Assembly: GCA_054600435.1 (NCBI GenBank) | Contig: BAAIJX010000006.1 | Span: 682,001 to 746,000 of the forward strand | Length of the DNA: 64,000 bases | Direction of reading: 5' to 3' | From: Neophaeotheca triangularis | Lineage: Eukaryota | Shown here: positions 10,401 through 21,134 of the stretch, one piece after another | How positions within the stretch are numbered: position 1 is the stretch's first letter | Layout: the number at the start of each line of letters is the position of its first letter | Notes under the pieces: model-generated | Told to the model about the DNA's origin: nothing | Databases searched by the model: none | What the model saw: the letters and a program-made list of their open reading frames with translations, nothing else | Position numbers and translations under genes: made by a program

Positions 10401-12007
10401 GGGCCTAGGCAGTCCTGTGAGTTACCAGTGTAGCGAGGTCCGAGCCTGTGCTGTACAGCGATGAACTCGTCGCTGAGCGGTGCCTGGTATAGCTGGGCGC
10501 TTCCCAAAGACCAGCATGATGCCACCTTGTCACGGCCATGACGGAGAGCTAAGTCGTGTGGGGTACCAAAGAATGCTTGAACTGGCCTCACACGTCGAGT
10601 ACCCCCCGATCCTAGCGAGAGCGTTGCCTGCTGTTCTTGTGCTTCTGGCGGCGATTCTGGATAAGCGCATTTGACCTGTTCGGCAAAATTGCCATTGACA
10701 AACAGCATTGCTGGACTCTGGCGAGAATCGCTGGTGCCCTTCCGATGGACAACGGTGACGTGATACCATCTACCCTGCTTGAACCGAGTCGATTTGAAAC
10801 GTACGCTTGGCCTAGCCGATTTGACTGAGGTTTGAAGAATGAGCTGTTGGCTTTCCTTCTCAATATACGCAAGCACGAAGCATGTCTGACTCGCATCGAA
10901 AGCGCCAAAGACCGTGGTGTGGCAGTCTAAGTCGATGGTGTCCAGCCGAATCCAGCAGGCCAAAGAGTAAGCGTTATTTGGTGGAAATGTTCGAGGTAAG
11001 GTAGGGAGTTCAAGTGACGAGTATCCATGCTGCCTCAAGTCGAACTGGATCACGCTTGGTGTTTTCGACTCTTCGGACAAGCGTAGCAGAAGGCGACGAG
11101 CATCGTCTCTTTCGCTCGCTTTCCGTACCAGAGCCTGTACACTCTCAAGTCTTTCCAACCCTAACTTCCCGATGATTGACAGCGCTGAAAATATTGCTTT
11201 CTGCAGTGGCTCGGGATCGTTGTCTCTGAGAAAGACGTCAAGCAAGATTGACATGGCGTCAACTCTTTGCAGCGCTACATTATTGCCCAAGCTTAAAGCA
11301 GCCGTTTGTCCTATTCTGGCGATGGCGATGCTTGATATTCGTATATCAAGCCCAGTTGATTCCCGATACTGGGCATTATAACAGGCTAGACGAAGAAGAA
11401 CGTGGATGGCGCGAGGATTGAACACGACATGTTTCCCATTCATTCGGGTATCCGACGCATCCTCGTCAAGCAATTGAGGCAGCCCAAAGGTGCTATCGCC
11501 CAGTGCCAGGGCTAGAAGACTGCTGTAGAGAGTCGCCAACCATTCATCCATGGTTTCGCTGCTGCTCGAGAGCTCCTGCAGATTCGAGCGCATGTGCCCG
11601 AGACTTTCCTCGATGACAGCCCACCCTTCCAGTCGCGTCGTGAAATAGCGCTCATTGCCGCTGTGTTCTCTGAATGCTTCTGCAAGCACGGAGAAAACTG
11701 GACGAAGTGCCACGAGACTCCGCCGCAATTCATCTTGCTCAGTGGATACACCGAATCGCTTAATCCAGTCGAGCAAGACCTGAAAGCCACCGCCACGTCT
11801 AAAGACATCTTTTGAGCCACGCTTCGAGACAAGCGTGGTTTCTAAATGCTGTAGGTCCAGCGCATCTGGCAGATTGGATTCTTCAGGGAGTTGTGAGAGC
11901 TGTCGAATGAGCTTTGCTGTCTCGTGTTCACTCTCATGGCGATCAAGGCCGGTCGAAGCAGCTGTAGACGATCTATGCCTCAGCGTCTGGCCTGAATCTA
12001 AGGCCAT
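4466..12007 (-). CDS. BPH1: Beige/BEACH domain protein (ConA-like lectin region, PH-BEACH, WD40), 2513 aa, apparently intronless
   Basis: BEACH signatures [75 protein letters not shown] and [8 protein letters not shown]. PH domain ([16 protein letters not shown]) and C-terminal WD repeats are present. Confidence 0.95.
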   Translation of the reverse strand: [2513 protein letters not shown]

Positions 12008-12911
12008 TCTCTGCGGCAGGTTAGATCAAGATGGGACTGGCTAGTAGGAAGCATTCTGTGACGGCAACTTGGCAAGAGTTTGGTATGGATGAGCAGATGA
12101 CTTGTTGGCCCGCCCTCTCACGAGACATCGAAGCCAAAAGGGGTGGGTGCAAAAGCTTGGCGTAGAATCTGAAGTGAAGTAGGTACCTTAGCATTTAGGT
12201 AGGAAAGAGCAGGTGATGACGGAGATGGGATAGCTCGGAATGGATACCTGAGGTATGAGGAGCTAGCCCTCTACCTAAGCCCTTCCTGCTCTTTTTATTG
12301 TCGGGATGAATAATGTACGTACACTTAGTAATAACAGCGTGAATAGTATGGACAGTATGTAGTGTAGTAGAGGAGCAGCTTTGTAGCCTCTTGAACATAA
12401 GTCGTCCCTAGTAGTATGTGTGCACGCGACCTGCTGTTTCAGAGAGAGAGAGAGAGAGGGAGAGACACTCCGAGAGCTAGGTACCTTACCTGCCCTGCTT
12501 GGACTTGGTGGAGCGTCCACCCGACTTCAGTGTTCAGCTGATGCCTGCAGGTGCGGTATCGGTGGCCAGTGCACTATCATGACGCAGCAATCCATGACCG
12601 CGATTGGCCCGGTGAGGTTGCCAGGCACCCACCTGCACCTGGGCACTCCCGTCTCGAGCCACTTCTCCAGATGGAGCTAATCTGGGAGCAGCAGGACGCA
12701 GCAGGTAAGGTACCTCTCTTATCTCGAGCTCCCAGAGCCTCGACACCCTCCTTCCCTCTTCCTACCCTCCTAGCTACCTTACCCTACTTCACTTACCACT
12801 TCGACCCTCCTCCATTCCCATTGCTTCTCTCCAACCTCTCACAGCTATCATCCCATCGCTCGCCATCGCTTCCATCCCAAAACTCGACATCGGGAGGAAA
12901 CAAACGCCATC

Positions 12912-14542
12912 ATGAGGAACCTCATCGCCTTATCGCTGCCGTTGTTGGCATCTGCGTCACCAGTCATGGTTGACTCGATCCACAACGATGCCGCTCCCAT
13001 CATCTCCTCCTCCAACGCCCAGGAGATCCCCAACGGCTACATCATCCAGTTCAAGGATCACGTCAAGCATGCCGATGCCGCTGCCCACCACGAATGGGTC
13101 CAGGAGCTGCACCTGTCGTCGCAGGACATGGCCAAGACGGAGCTCAAGAAGAGAGGTCAGACACCCATGGTTGATGAAGTCCTCGCTGGCTTGAAGCACA
13201 CCTACAACCTCGCTGGTTCCTTCATGGGATACAGTGGTCATTTTGATGAAGACGTGATCGAGCAGATCCGGAGACACCCCGACGTAAGTTCACCCGTTCA
13301 CTTGGTGCACTTTCGCTATCCGCTACCGGCGGCAAATGCGGCGTTTCATCAATATGTAGCCTCCAAGAGTTTCAGCTAACCTTGACATGCCAGGTCGAAC
13401 TCATCGAACGCGACCAACAAGTCCACACCCTCAAGCACCACAGCTCCGACGAGGCCGAGCTCGAGAAGAACGCACCCTGGGGCTTGGCCCGTATCTCTCA
13501 CCGTGAGGCCCTCGGCTTCGGCACCTTCAACAAGTACTACTACGCTGAGGGTGCTGGTGAGGGTGTTGACGTCTACATCATTGACACTGGCACCAACGTT
13601 GACCACGATGACTTTGAGGGCCGTGCCTCTTGGGGCCAGACCATCCCTGAAGGCGACCCCGACGAGGATGGAAATGGTCATGGAACTCACTGCTCCGGCA
13701 CGGTAGCCGGCAGGAAGTACGGTGTGGCCAAGAGCGCCAATATCAAGGCTGTCAAAGTTCTCCGTTCCAACGGCTCCGGCACTATGTCCGACGTTGTCAA
13801 GGGAGTCGAATACGCTGCTCAAGCTCACCGCGAAAGTGTCTCTGCTGCTGAGGACGGCAAGAAGCCTGGCTTCAAGGGCTCCGCCGCCAACATGAGCTTG
13901 GGTGGTGGCAAGTCGACTCTTCTCGACAGGGCTGTCAACGCTGCCGTCGAGGCTGGCATTCACTTCGCAGTCGCAGCCGGCAACGACAACGCCGATTCCT
14001 GCAACTACTCCCCTGCCGCCGCTGACAAGGCTGTCACTGTCGGTGCTAGCACTCTCGCTGACGAGCGCGCGTACTTCTCCAACTACGGCACCTGCAACGA
14101 CATCTTCGCCCCTGGCCTCAACATCCTCTCCACCTGGATTGGCAGCAACACTTCAACCAATACCATCTCTGGTACTTCCATGGCCTCGCCTCACATTGCT
14201 GGTCTCTTGGCCTACCTGCTGTCTCTTCAGCCAGCCAAGGACTCTGCCTACGCTGTCGCCGACATCTCCCCCAAGAAGTTGAAGGCCAACCTTATCTCCA
14301 TCGCTACCGAGGGCGCCCTCACTGACGTCCCAAGCAACACTGCCAACATCCTCGCCTGGAACGGTGGTGGTGAGTCCAACTACACCACTATCGTTGAGAA
14401 CGGTGGATACGAGGTTGAGTTGAGCAAGGCTCCTACCGAGCTGAGCGAGATGGAGCAAAAGATTGAGGCCATGACCAAGAAGGTTGAGGACATGGTTCAT
14501 GAGGAGCTCAAGGACTTCTTGCATGTGCTCAAGAGCGAGTAA
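12912..14542 (+). CDS. PRB1: Vacuolar subtilisin-like serine protease (proteinase B / PepC / Alp2 family), 506 aa
   Basis: Exons 12912-13283 and 13394-14542; intron GTAAGT...GCTAAC...CAG, phase 0. Signal peptide, I9 propeptide, and S8 triad motifs IDTG, HGTH, GTSMASPH. Confidence 0.95.
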
Positions 14543-15099
14543 AGGAGCAAGGGGATCCTTGTGAAATATGGGACACCCAGTAATGAGAGGTGGCTGTGCT
14601 GCCAGGCGAAGCATTCTGTTGCTGCCTGTGTGAGATAGAACAAGTGAGGTGCATTTTGACATAGTAGTGCACACGCTGATGATGGGTTGTGTTTTACTGT
14701 CTTGGATCAAAGGTTGCATACCGGAGAAAGGGTTGCATGGCGCGGTTCGCCGACAAGCACTCTGTACAGACGTGATCAATTAGAGAATTTTATCAACCAA
14801 TCTAAGCATAGTTGTCCCCATATCTCATTTGTCTTCGTCAACAATTCAATGTAATGCTCAGCGTCTATCGAATCATTGAGGCTGTTCACGTCTTACGAGC
14901 CACCCGACCTCTGTAGGACTGTGCTCGGTGACGTCTTTTCCCCAGACTGCTTCGAGTTTCGAAACAATTTCTAAGCATAGGGCTCAGACTCACGACAAAT
15001 CGCGAATACATAGCTGAATCTTCCGCTGCACTCTGCGCTCACAACCCATCCTGCCGCATACCGATTAATTCACTACGACACATCTACGAATCAAACGCA

Positions 15100-16662
15100 A
15101 TGGCAGACAGAAATCCCCACCGAGAGGGGCAGAGAGAAGAGGAGGATGAGGCAATGTTCGATCCGACTGAGGCGGAAGAAGTGGTCGAACAAGGCGAAGA
15201 CGCGGCCATGGACTCTGGGGAAGAGGATGAAGCAGACGGCACTCTGGAAGAAATTGCCCTGCAAAACGATAGCTCCGCGCATTTCGACCACCACAAGGAC
15301 AGCATCTTCTGCATAGCGCAACACCCCACCCGACCTGAGCTCGTAGCAACAGGCGGCGGCGATGACATAGCTTACCTCTGGGACTGCACGCCTCCTGATG
15401 GACCTCTACTTCCCGCGAGCTACGAAAGTAATCCGCAGCCTGTCGAGCGCGAAGGGCAACAAATCTTGGCCAGCCTTGACGGCCACGAGGAATCCGTCAA
15501 CGCCATCGCGTTCACCCAACCCGCCGGCGAGTACGTGGTCACCGGCACCCTCGACGGGCGACTCAGCGCTTTCGCCACTCCTCCACCTTCCACCACGCCT
15601 GCATCCCCACCCGCTTCCGCGAAACTCGTGGGCTTTGCGAAGGAAGTCGAGGAAATAAACTGGATCCAGGCCTGCCCGCACCCCGACTATCCCAACACCA
15701 TCGCCTTTGGTGCCTCTGACGGTTCCGTCTGGGTCTACACCATCAACGCCGCCGACCCCAGCTCGCCCGTGACCATCGTGCAGACTTTCTTCCTCCACCA
15801 AGCCCCCTGCACCGCGGGCGCCTGGACGCCTGATGGCAAACTGCTCGCCACGGTCGCCGAAGACAGCTCGCTATTCGTTTGGGATGTCTTCGGGGACGCC
15901 GCGGCAGCCGGGCTAGTGGATCCAACTGCCTCGAGCCAAGCCGTCGTCAGCAAGACGGGCGAGGACGAGCGCTTCTTCATCGAGGGCGGTCTGTACAGTG
16001 TTGCCATCTCCCCCGGTGGCGGTATTGTGGCCGTGGGCGGCGCGGGCGGGTGCATACGCATTGTAGGACTGCCGCGGTTGTCGCTGCCGCCGGGCTCGGT
16101 GGGCGCGAATTCCGGCGCCAAGGGCGCTGGAGCCAAAAGCAAGACGGGCGGGGCAAAGCAGGCCGGTGGGCCCATCTCTGCCGCGGCGGGACAGGCGGGA
16201 GTCACACTGGCGAGCCTGCAAGCGCAGAGCGATGGTATTGAGACCTTGGACTTTTCGCACCCGCCCATGACCTTGCTGGCGGCTGGCAGTGTGGACGGCA
16301 GTGTGGCGCTTTACGACGCGGCGCACAATTTCGCCGTGAGGAGGCATATCAAGGAGGCGCATGAGGAGGAAGCGGTAATCAAGGTGGAGTTTGTGAAGAG
16401 TAAGGCGCAGCAGGGGAACACCGGGCCCGGGGTGGAGAACAGGAATTGGTTGCTTACAACTTGTGGAAATGATGGAGTCGTCAGGAGGTGGGATGCTAGG
16501 GGTGGCACTGCGGCCGCTGGGAGAGGTCTGCTCGGTGAGTGGAAGGGGCACAGGGGCGGTGGAGAGGGAGGCGGTATCCTCGGGTTCGTGCAGGGGGAGT
16601 TGGGCAGAAAAATGGTCACTGCGGGAGACGATGCCGTGGCTCTGGTTTTCAAGGGCGAGTAA
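15100..16662 (+). CDS. SQT1: WD40 60S ribosome assembly chaperone Sqt1/AAMP-like, 520 aa
   Basis: Acidic N-terminus followed by IALQNDSSAHFDHHKDSIFCIAQHP, ATGGGDD and multiple WD repeats. Single ORF. Confidence 0.85.
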   Translation: MADRNPHREGQREEEDEAMFDPTEAEEVVEQGEDAAMDSGEEDEADGTLEEIALQNDSSAHFDHHKDSIFCIAQHPTRPELVATGGGDDIAYLWDCTPPDGPLLPASYESNPQPVEREGQQILASLDGHEESVNAIAFTQPAGEYVVTGTLDGRLSAFATPPPSTTPASPPASAKLVGFAKEVEEINWIQACPHPDYPNTIAFGASDGSVWVYTINAADPSSPVTIVQTFFLHQAPCTAGAWTPDGKLLATVAEDSSLFVWDVFGDAAAAGLVDPTASSQAVVSKTGEDERFFIEGGLYSVAISPGGGIVAVGGAGGCIRIVGLPRLSLPPGSVGANSGAKGAGAKSKTGGAKQAGGPISAAAGQAGVTLASLQAQSDGIETLDFSHPPMTLLAAGSVDGSVALYDAAHNFAVRRHIKEAHEEEAVIKVEFVKSKAQQGNTGPGVENRNWLLTTCGNDGVVRRWDARGGTAAAGRGLLGEWKGHRGGGEGGGILGFVQGELGRKMVTAGDDAVALVFKGE

Positions 16663-16808
16663 ACAAACGATAGAGGGACTTTTATACCCACGAAGCCTCA
16701 TGGCGAAAAGTTGAAATGAAAGCTCTTTGTGTTCATACCTCCTCCCTTCACCTACTGGAAGGCTACCTACAAACTTGATATCTACTTTCAAGCCTTCCGA
16801 CTGTGGCT

Positions 16809-18272
16809 TCACGCCCCTGCTAACCTACCCCTGTCCATCTCCGCCCAGTCCTTATGATCAACAGACTCCTCACCCATAGCCTTCTCAATCCGCCTCTGAG
16901 TCACCAGATACGACTTGGGCAGCCCCGTCTCGCTCCTAGCAGCCTCCAAAGCCTCAGCCTCCGCCGCACCGCCAGTAGCCTCTCGGACCATAACTGCAAC
17001 CGCCTTCCCGCTAAGCCACGTATTTGGCATTCCATGGCCAGTAAAGCCCGCGGCGATAAAAAGCCCCTTCTGTTCCGGCAGCGGCCCAACCCACGGGTGC
17101 TCATCGCGCGAGAAGCCCATGATACCAGACCAATACATATCCGTCTCAGGCTTCTCGGGCCTCTCGGAATCGTCATCGGGACCGTTCGGCGGCGTCAAGA
17201 CTTTTACGAGCCGCGAGCTCAGGTACGCGGCCGTCTTGTCGTCGATGACTGAGTCGTCGGTGACGCCTATGCTGGGGCCGTGTTGTCGGCCGCCGCCGAA
17301 CATGAGATGTCCGCCTCGGGAGTTGGGGCGTTGAATGAGGTAGTCGTCTAGCCCGTCGCCTAGGAAGCCGAAGGATGTTGTGAGTCGGTTTTCGCCTGCG
17401 AGCTTGTCCGGTGGGGCGAGAGCGCTCATTTGGCCGCGGCAGGGCACTATAAGGTCTGAGAAGGAGGGCAGGAGGTGCGAGGTGTAAGCGTTGGTGGCGA
17501 GGATGACTTGACTCGTGGTGATTTCGCCGCGAGGAGTGCTGACGGACCAGCTTTTGCCGTCGGTCGATTGCTTGGTGCTGGTAACTGGGGTGAGGGTTTG
17601 CAGGTTGAAGGTGCCTGATAGGTTTGTGGCGCTGATTAGTTGTTCCAGGATGTGCGCAACGAGCTTGTAAGGCCAGAGGCGTGCTGCTAGGTCCGTTACG
17701 ACTGCGCCCGTGGCGGTTGGGATGCGGAGACGCCGCAGGGCTTCTTTGCTCGTTTCGATCTTGACGTGTTTTGCTAGATCGGGGGCTGTGTCTTCCAGGC
17801 ATTCTACGGCCAGCTCAGCGTCGTTCAAGTGGTGCTTGGAGTAGATTGCCCTGACGCCCGGCTGAGTACTCCACTCGCAGTCGACATTGTGATCATCGAT
17901 GAGCTTCTTCAGCGTGTGGAAGTTGTCGAGCTCGAAACGTCCAATCTCCGGGTCGTTGGGGTACTCGAAAAGCAAAGGTTGGCAATGCCCGCCATTGCGT
18001 CCCGTGGCCCCCCAGCAGGCTTCCCTCGCTTCCAACATTACAACGTTCAGATCGGCCGCGACCTTCGAGTTGAACAGGTGGTGGGCGACACTTGCTCCTG
18101 TGATACCGCTGCCGACGATGACGACGTCAGCAGTGGAAGGCAAGTCGCGGGTAGAGCGATGAGCTGTGAGAAGTGGCGAGGGCTCTGTATGCCAGAAAGA
18201 CGAGGTTGATTTTTGGCTCGGAAGAGCGCAAGGCTCTCTGTTTTTAGGGAGGTCAGGCTGCTCGCGGGACAT
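16809..18272 (-). CDS. FAD-dependent oxidoreductase, DAO family (PuuB-like), 487 aa
   Basis: Rossmann motif VVIVGSGITG, LEAREACWGATGRNGGH, and C-terminal WSGIMGFSRD and AAGFTGHGM. Confidence 0.9.
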   Translation of the reverse strand: MSREQPDLPKNREPCALPSQKSTSSFWHTEPSPLLTAHRSTRDLPSTADVVIVGSGITGASVAHHLFNSKVAADLNVVMLEAREACWGATGRNGGHCQPLLFEYPNDPEIGRFELDNFHTLKKLIDDHNVDCEWSTQPGVRAIYSKHHLNDAELAVECLEDTAPDLAKHVKIETSKEALRRLRIPTATGAVVTDLAARLWPYKLVAHILEQLISATNLSGTFNLQTLTPVTSTKQSTDGKSWSVSTPRGEITTSQVILATNAYTSHLLPSFSDLIVPCRGQMSALAPPDKLAGENRLTTSFGFLGDGLDDYLIQRPNSRGGHLMFGGGRQHGPSIGVTDDSVIDDKTAAYLSSRLVKVLTPPNGPDDDSERPEKPETDMYWSGIMGFSRDEHPWVGPLPEQKGLFIAAGFTGHGMPNTWLSGKAVAVMVREATGGAAEAEALEAARSETGLPKSYLVTQRRIEKAMGEESVDHKDWAEMDRGRLAGA

Positions 18273-19039
18273 TGTGGCGTTGGGGGAAGTTGGTTCGTCG
18301 GTGAATCAGTAGCGATTGTTCAGACGCAAAAGAAACGGGTACGCTGATTTGTTAGGTAAGTCGTAGATAGATAATCTTGAGATACAGGAAAAGGCTGCTA
18401 GCGAGATCAAGGTGACAAGATACAGCGGTATGTAAGCGTACAGAAGGAGGATGAAGTCACGGGTACGTGGAGCTCGGTGCTTGGGAACTATCTCAGGTAC
18501 CTTACTACTTGTAATATACCTGCCTTTTTACCGCCAAGTCAGCTCTTCTCAGATAGTTGCAAACCTCCATTGTCGAACTCGAGCGATTAGTTCAGTAAAT
18601 TTTGCACCGAGTCTTTTAGCGACAATGGATGTCTTCCACTCGGCAATGCACCTAGGAATGTTTTCATCACGAAGAACCGAAATTTGGAAGTAAGGTAAGG
18701 TAGTAGTCGACGACGGGAGCTGGAGGGGTCGAAGCCCCACGCTGATACTTATGTCAGCAGGGCAGCAAGCCCTCACCCCCAGGTATCTTACGTCTATTGT
18801 ACATCTTACCTACTGTAGGTTAGGGTGGTCAGGCACGGTTAACTTAGTTAGGTACACCTAGAAGAGCTAAAGGTCGGCGCTTTGCTTGCCGAGACCGCGC
18901 TCGAATTGACTTCATCTATTTGACCAGCTGGCCGGCCCATAAGGTACTTCACACAAAGCTTCCCATACCTACCTTAGCTGCCTCTCCCACTTCCTCACGT
19001 CAACGATAATAGTTGACCAAAGGATCCGCATACCAGGAC

Positions 19040-20469
19040 ATGGCCGACTACGTCAAAGGTCTCTTCGGAGGCGCAAAAGCTTCCGTCTCGTCTGCAGCGC
19101 CTGATGCAGGTACGCCAAATGCATTGGCTGTGTCTACCATCACAAAGTACTGACACGTCTCTCAGACTTCGCAGATTTCGCGACCGCAGCTTCGCCCACA
19201 GCTGTTGAACATGCCGCCTCCTCCGTCTTCTCCGATGCTGGCGCGACTGCCGAGGCTGTTGTGCGGTCCACGGCCAAACTCACCTCAGAAGGCCGCCCAT
19301 ACACCAAATGGTACAGAATATGGGAGCGCACAACCTACAGCGACTTCTACCAGGAGATGGTCATCATTCCCTTCCTCTTGCTGAGCGTACTCGTCATGAT
19401 GTGGGGCACCAGTGCCAACAGGAAAAGGGCGAAACAGTGGATGGCCTCGCATATGCCTGTGCTTGAGTCTGAGTTTGCAAAAGTAGGCTTTGGAGAGGAG
19501 AGGAAGGGCCCAGAAGTACCGGACAATGTTTTCAAGGAGAAAAGCAAGTTCGAGTACACAACGTACTGCACTGGCCGCCAGAACGTTGCCGGTTTGGACA
19601 TCAAGCTCACCTTGTTCAAACGCTACAACCCTTTGGCATGGTTTGGTGAGACAATTGCTGCATTCTTCTTCGACAGCTTCCCGGCTCCAGTCGAGCGCGT
19701 CGAGGCTACTGCGTGGTGCTTCGACGGTAGGGAAAAGAGCTTGGTGCCTGCGCAATTGCAAGGAGGCAGCGGTCAAAGCATCAAGGACTCGACCTTTGAT
19801 GGCTTCGTTTGGGCGATCGTGCATAAAGACAAGATGAGGTCTTTGCGCGAGGGACGCTACGATCTGAGCTTGACTTCCACCAAGGACCACGCTAAGTTGC
19901 CTTTCTGGGCGACTGTCATGTCTGAGAGCGCAGAGGTCACAGAGGCCATGTTGACCCCTGAGCTTGTCAAGGCTGTTGAGCAAGTGGGTGAAGATCTTGA
20001 GGCTCTCGTAATCACTGACCAGCCCATGGATCACCCGAGGAAGTAAGTTTGGACAATCAAGGTTGTATTCGTACGTGGCATTTAGCTGACCCTTACGGAA
20101 TATAGGCTCGACGACACCGTTCCAAAGAAGCGTGTCTCTCTCGCAATGACGCTTGAATCCCGTCCCGCCTCTGTCGAGCTCTTTTCACAGTTCCTACGCC
20201 TCCCAGACCACCTTGTCAACATTGGCCACTTTAGGCCTGAAGCGCTGCGTAAGGTGAAAGCTACTCGTGACGAGGAGATCCGCCGTCTTCGCAGGCTAGA
20301 CGAGGATGAGAAGGCTGAGGAAAGGCGCACTCAAAGCGATAAGCTCAAGAAAGAGGAGCGTGAGAGAAGGCTTGGCCGCATGAGCGCGGACGAGCAGAGG
20401 AAGTTTTTAGAGAAGGAGCGCAAGGATCAGCAGAAGAAGGGGCAAAAAAAGCAGACCATGAAGGGCTGA
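19040..20469 (+). CDS. CCDC47/DUF1682 family ER membrane protein (PAT complex subunit), 436 aa
   Basis: Exons 19040-19109, 19166-20042 and 20106-20469; GT-AG introns with CTGAC branch points, frame checked. One TM helix, YCTGRQNV and VMSESAE motifs, and a basic coiled-coil tail ADEQRKFLEKE. Confidence 0.88.
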
Positions 20470-21134
20470 GATGTGATTTGTTTAGAATGCGAACCAGAAG
20501 GGGGGTTCAGCTATGCCAGTAGGGCCAGCATTGAATCCTCAGGGGCCTTGGAAAGATACGGTGATTTGTATGTAGTGTATAGACCGTGCAAATGTGTATA
20601 TAGTCGTCTTGGACTTCATGCGATTACTAGTACCCGGGAGCTTCGCCACCTTCCCCCACGGTCACAATACTGTATGCTCCCCTCCTACCGCCTGACAAGA
20701 TGAATCGTGATGCGTCTGAAAGTGCTTCTCAAAAGTAGGCGCCGAACATGTTTTTAACCAGCATCTACGATGAAAGACTTGCGTTTTGCGTGGACAGGTT
20801 CGTTACAAAGGGGATCAGTGAATGAAGAGACCTAGGTACACATGGGACGTGTATGGCAGCTCCCAGGTAGGGCAAGTGTTTGCGGTTCTCGCTCGGCCGT
20901 TCACTAGCGCGGCTGACGACAAACGAATTAAACGCGTTCCGCTGGAACCCCTCTATGGAACGCGAGACGCGTCTCGGACTGCATTGCTTCAGACGACAAC
21001 GACAACCGTCCGTCAACCACGCACTATTTGACTCAATTCCCCAAAACAGAGGAGAACGCAACGTCCGGAATCGACAAGACTGAGCACGCGGGAACAGTGT
21101 ACAGCGACGCCTCTGCAGGCGCAAGGTAAACGCC

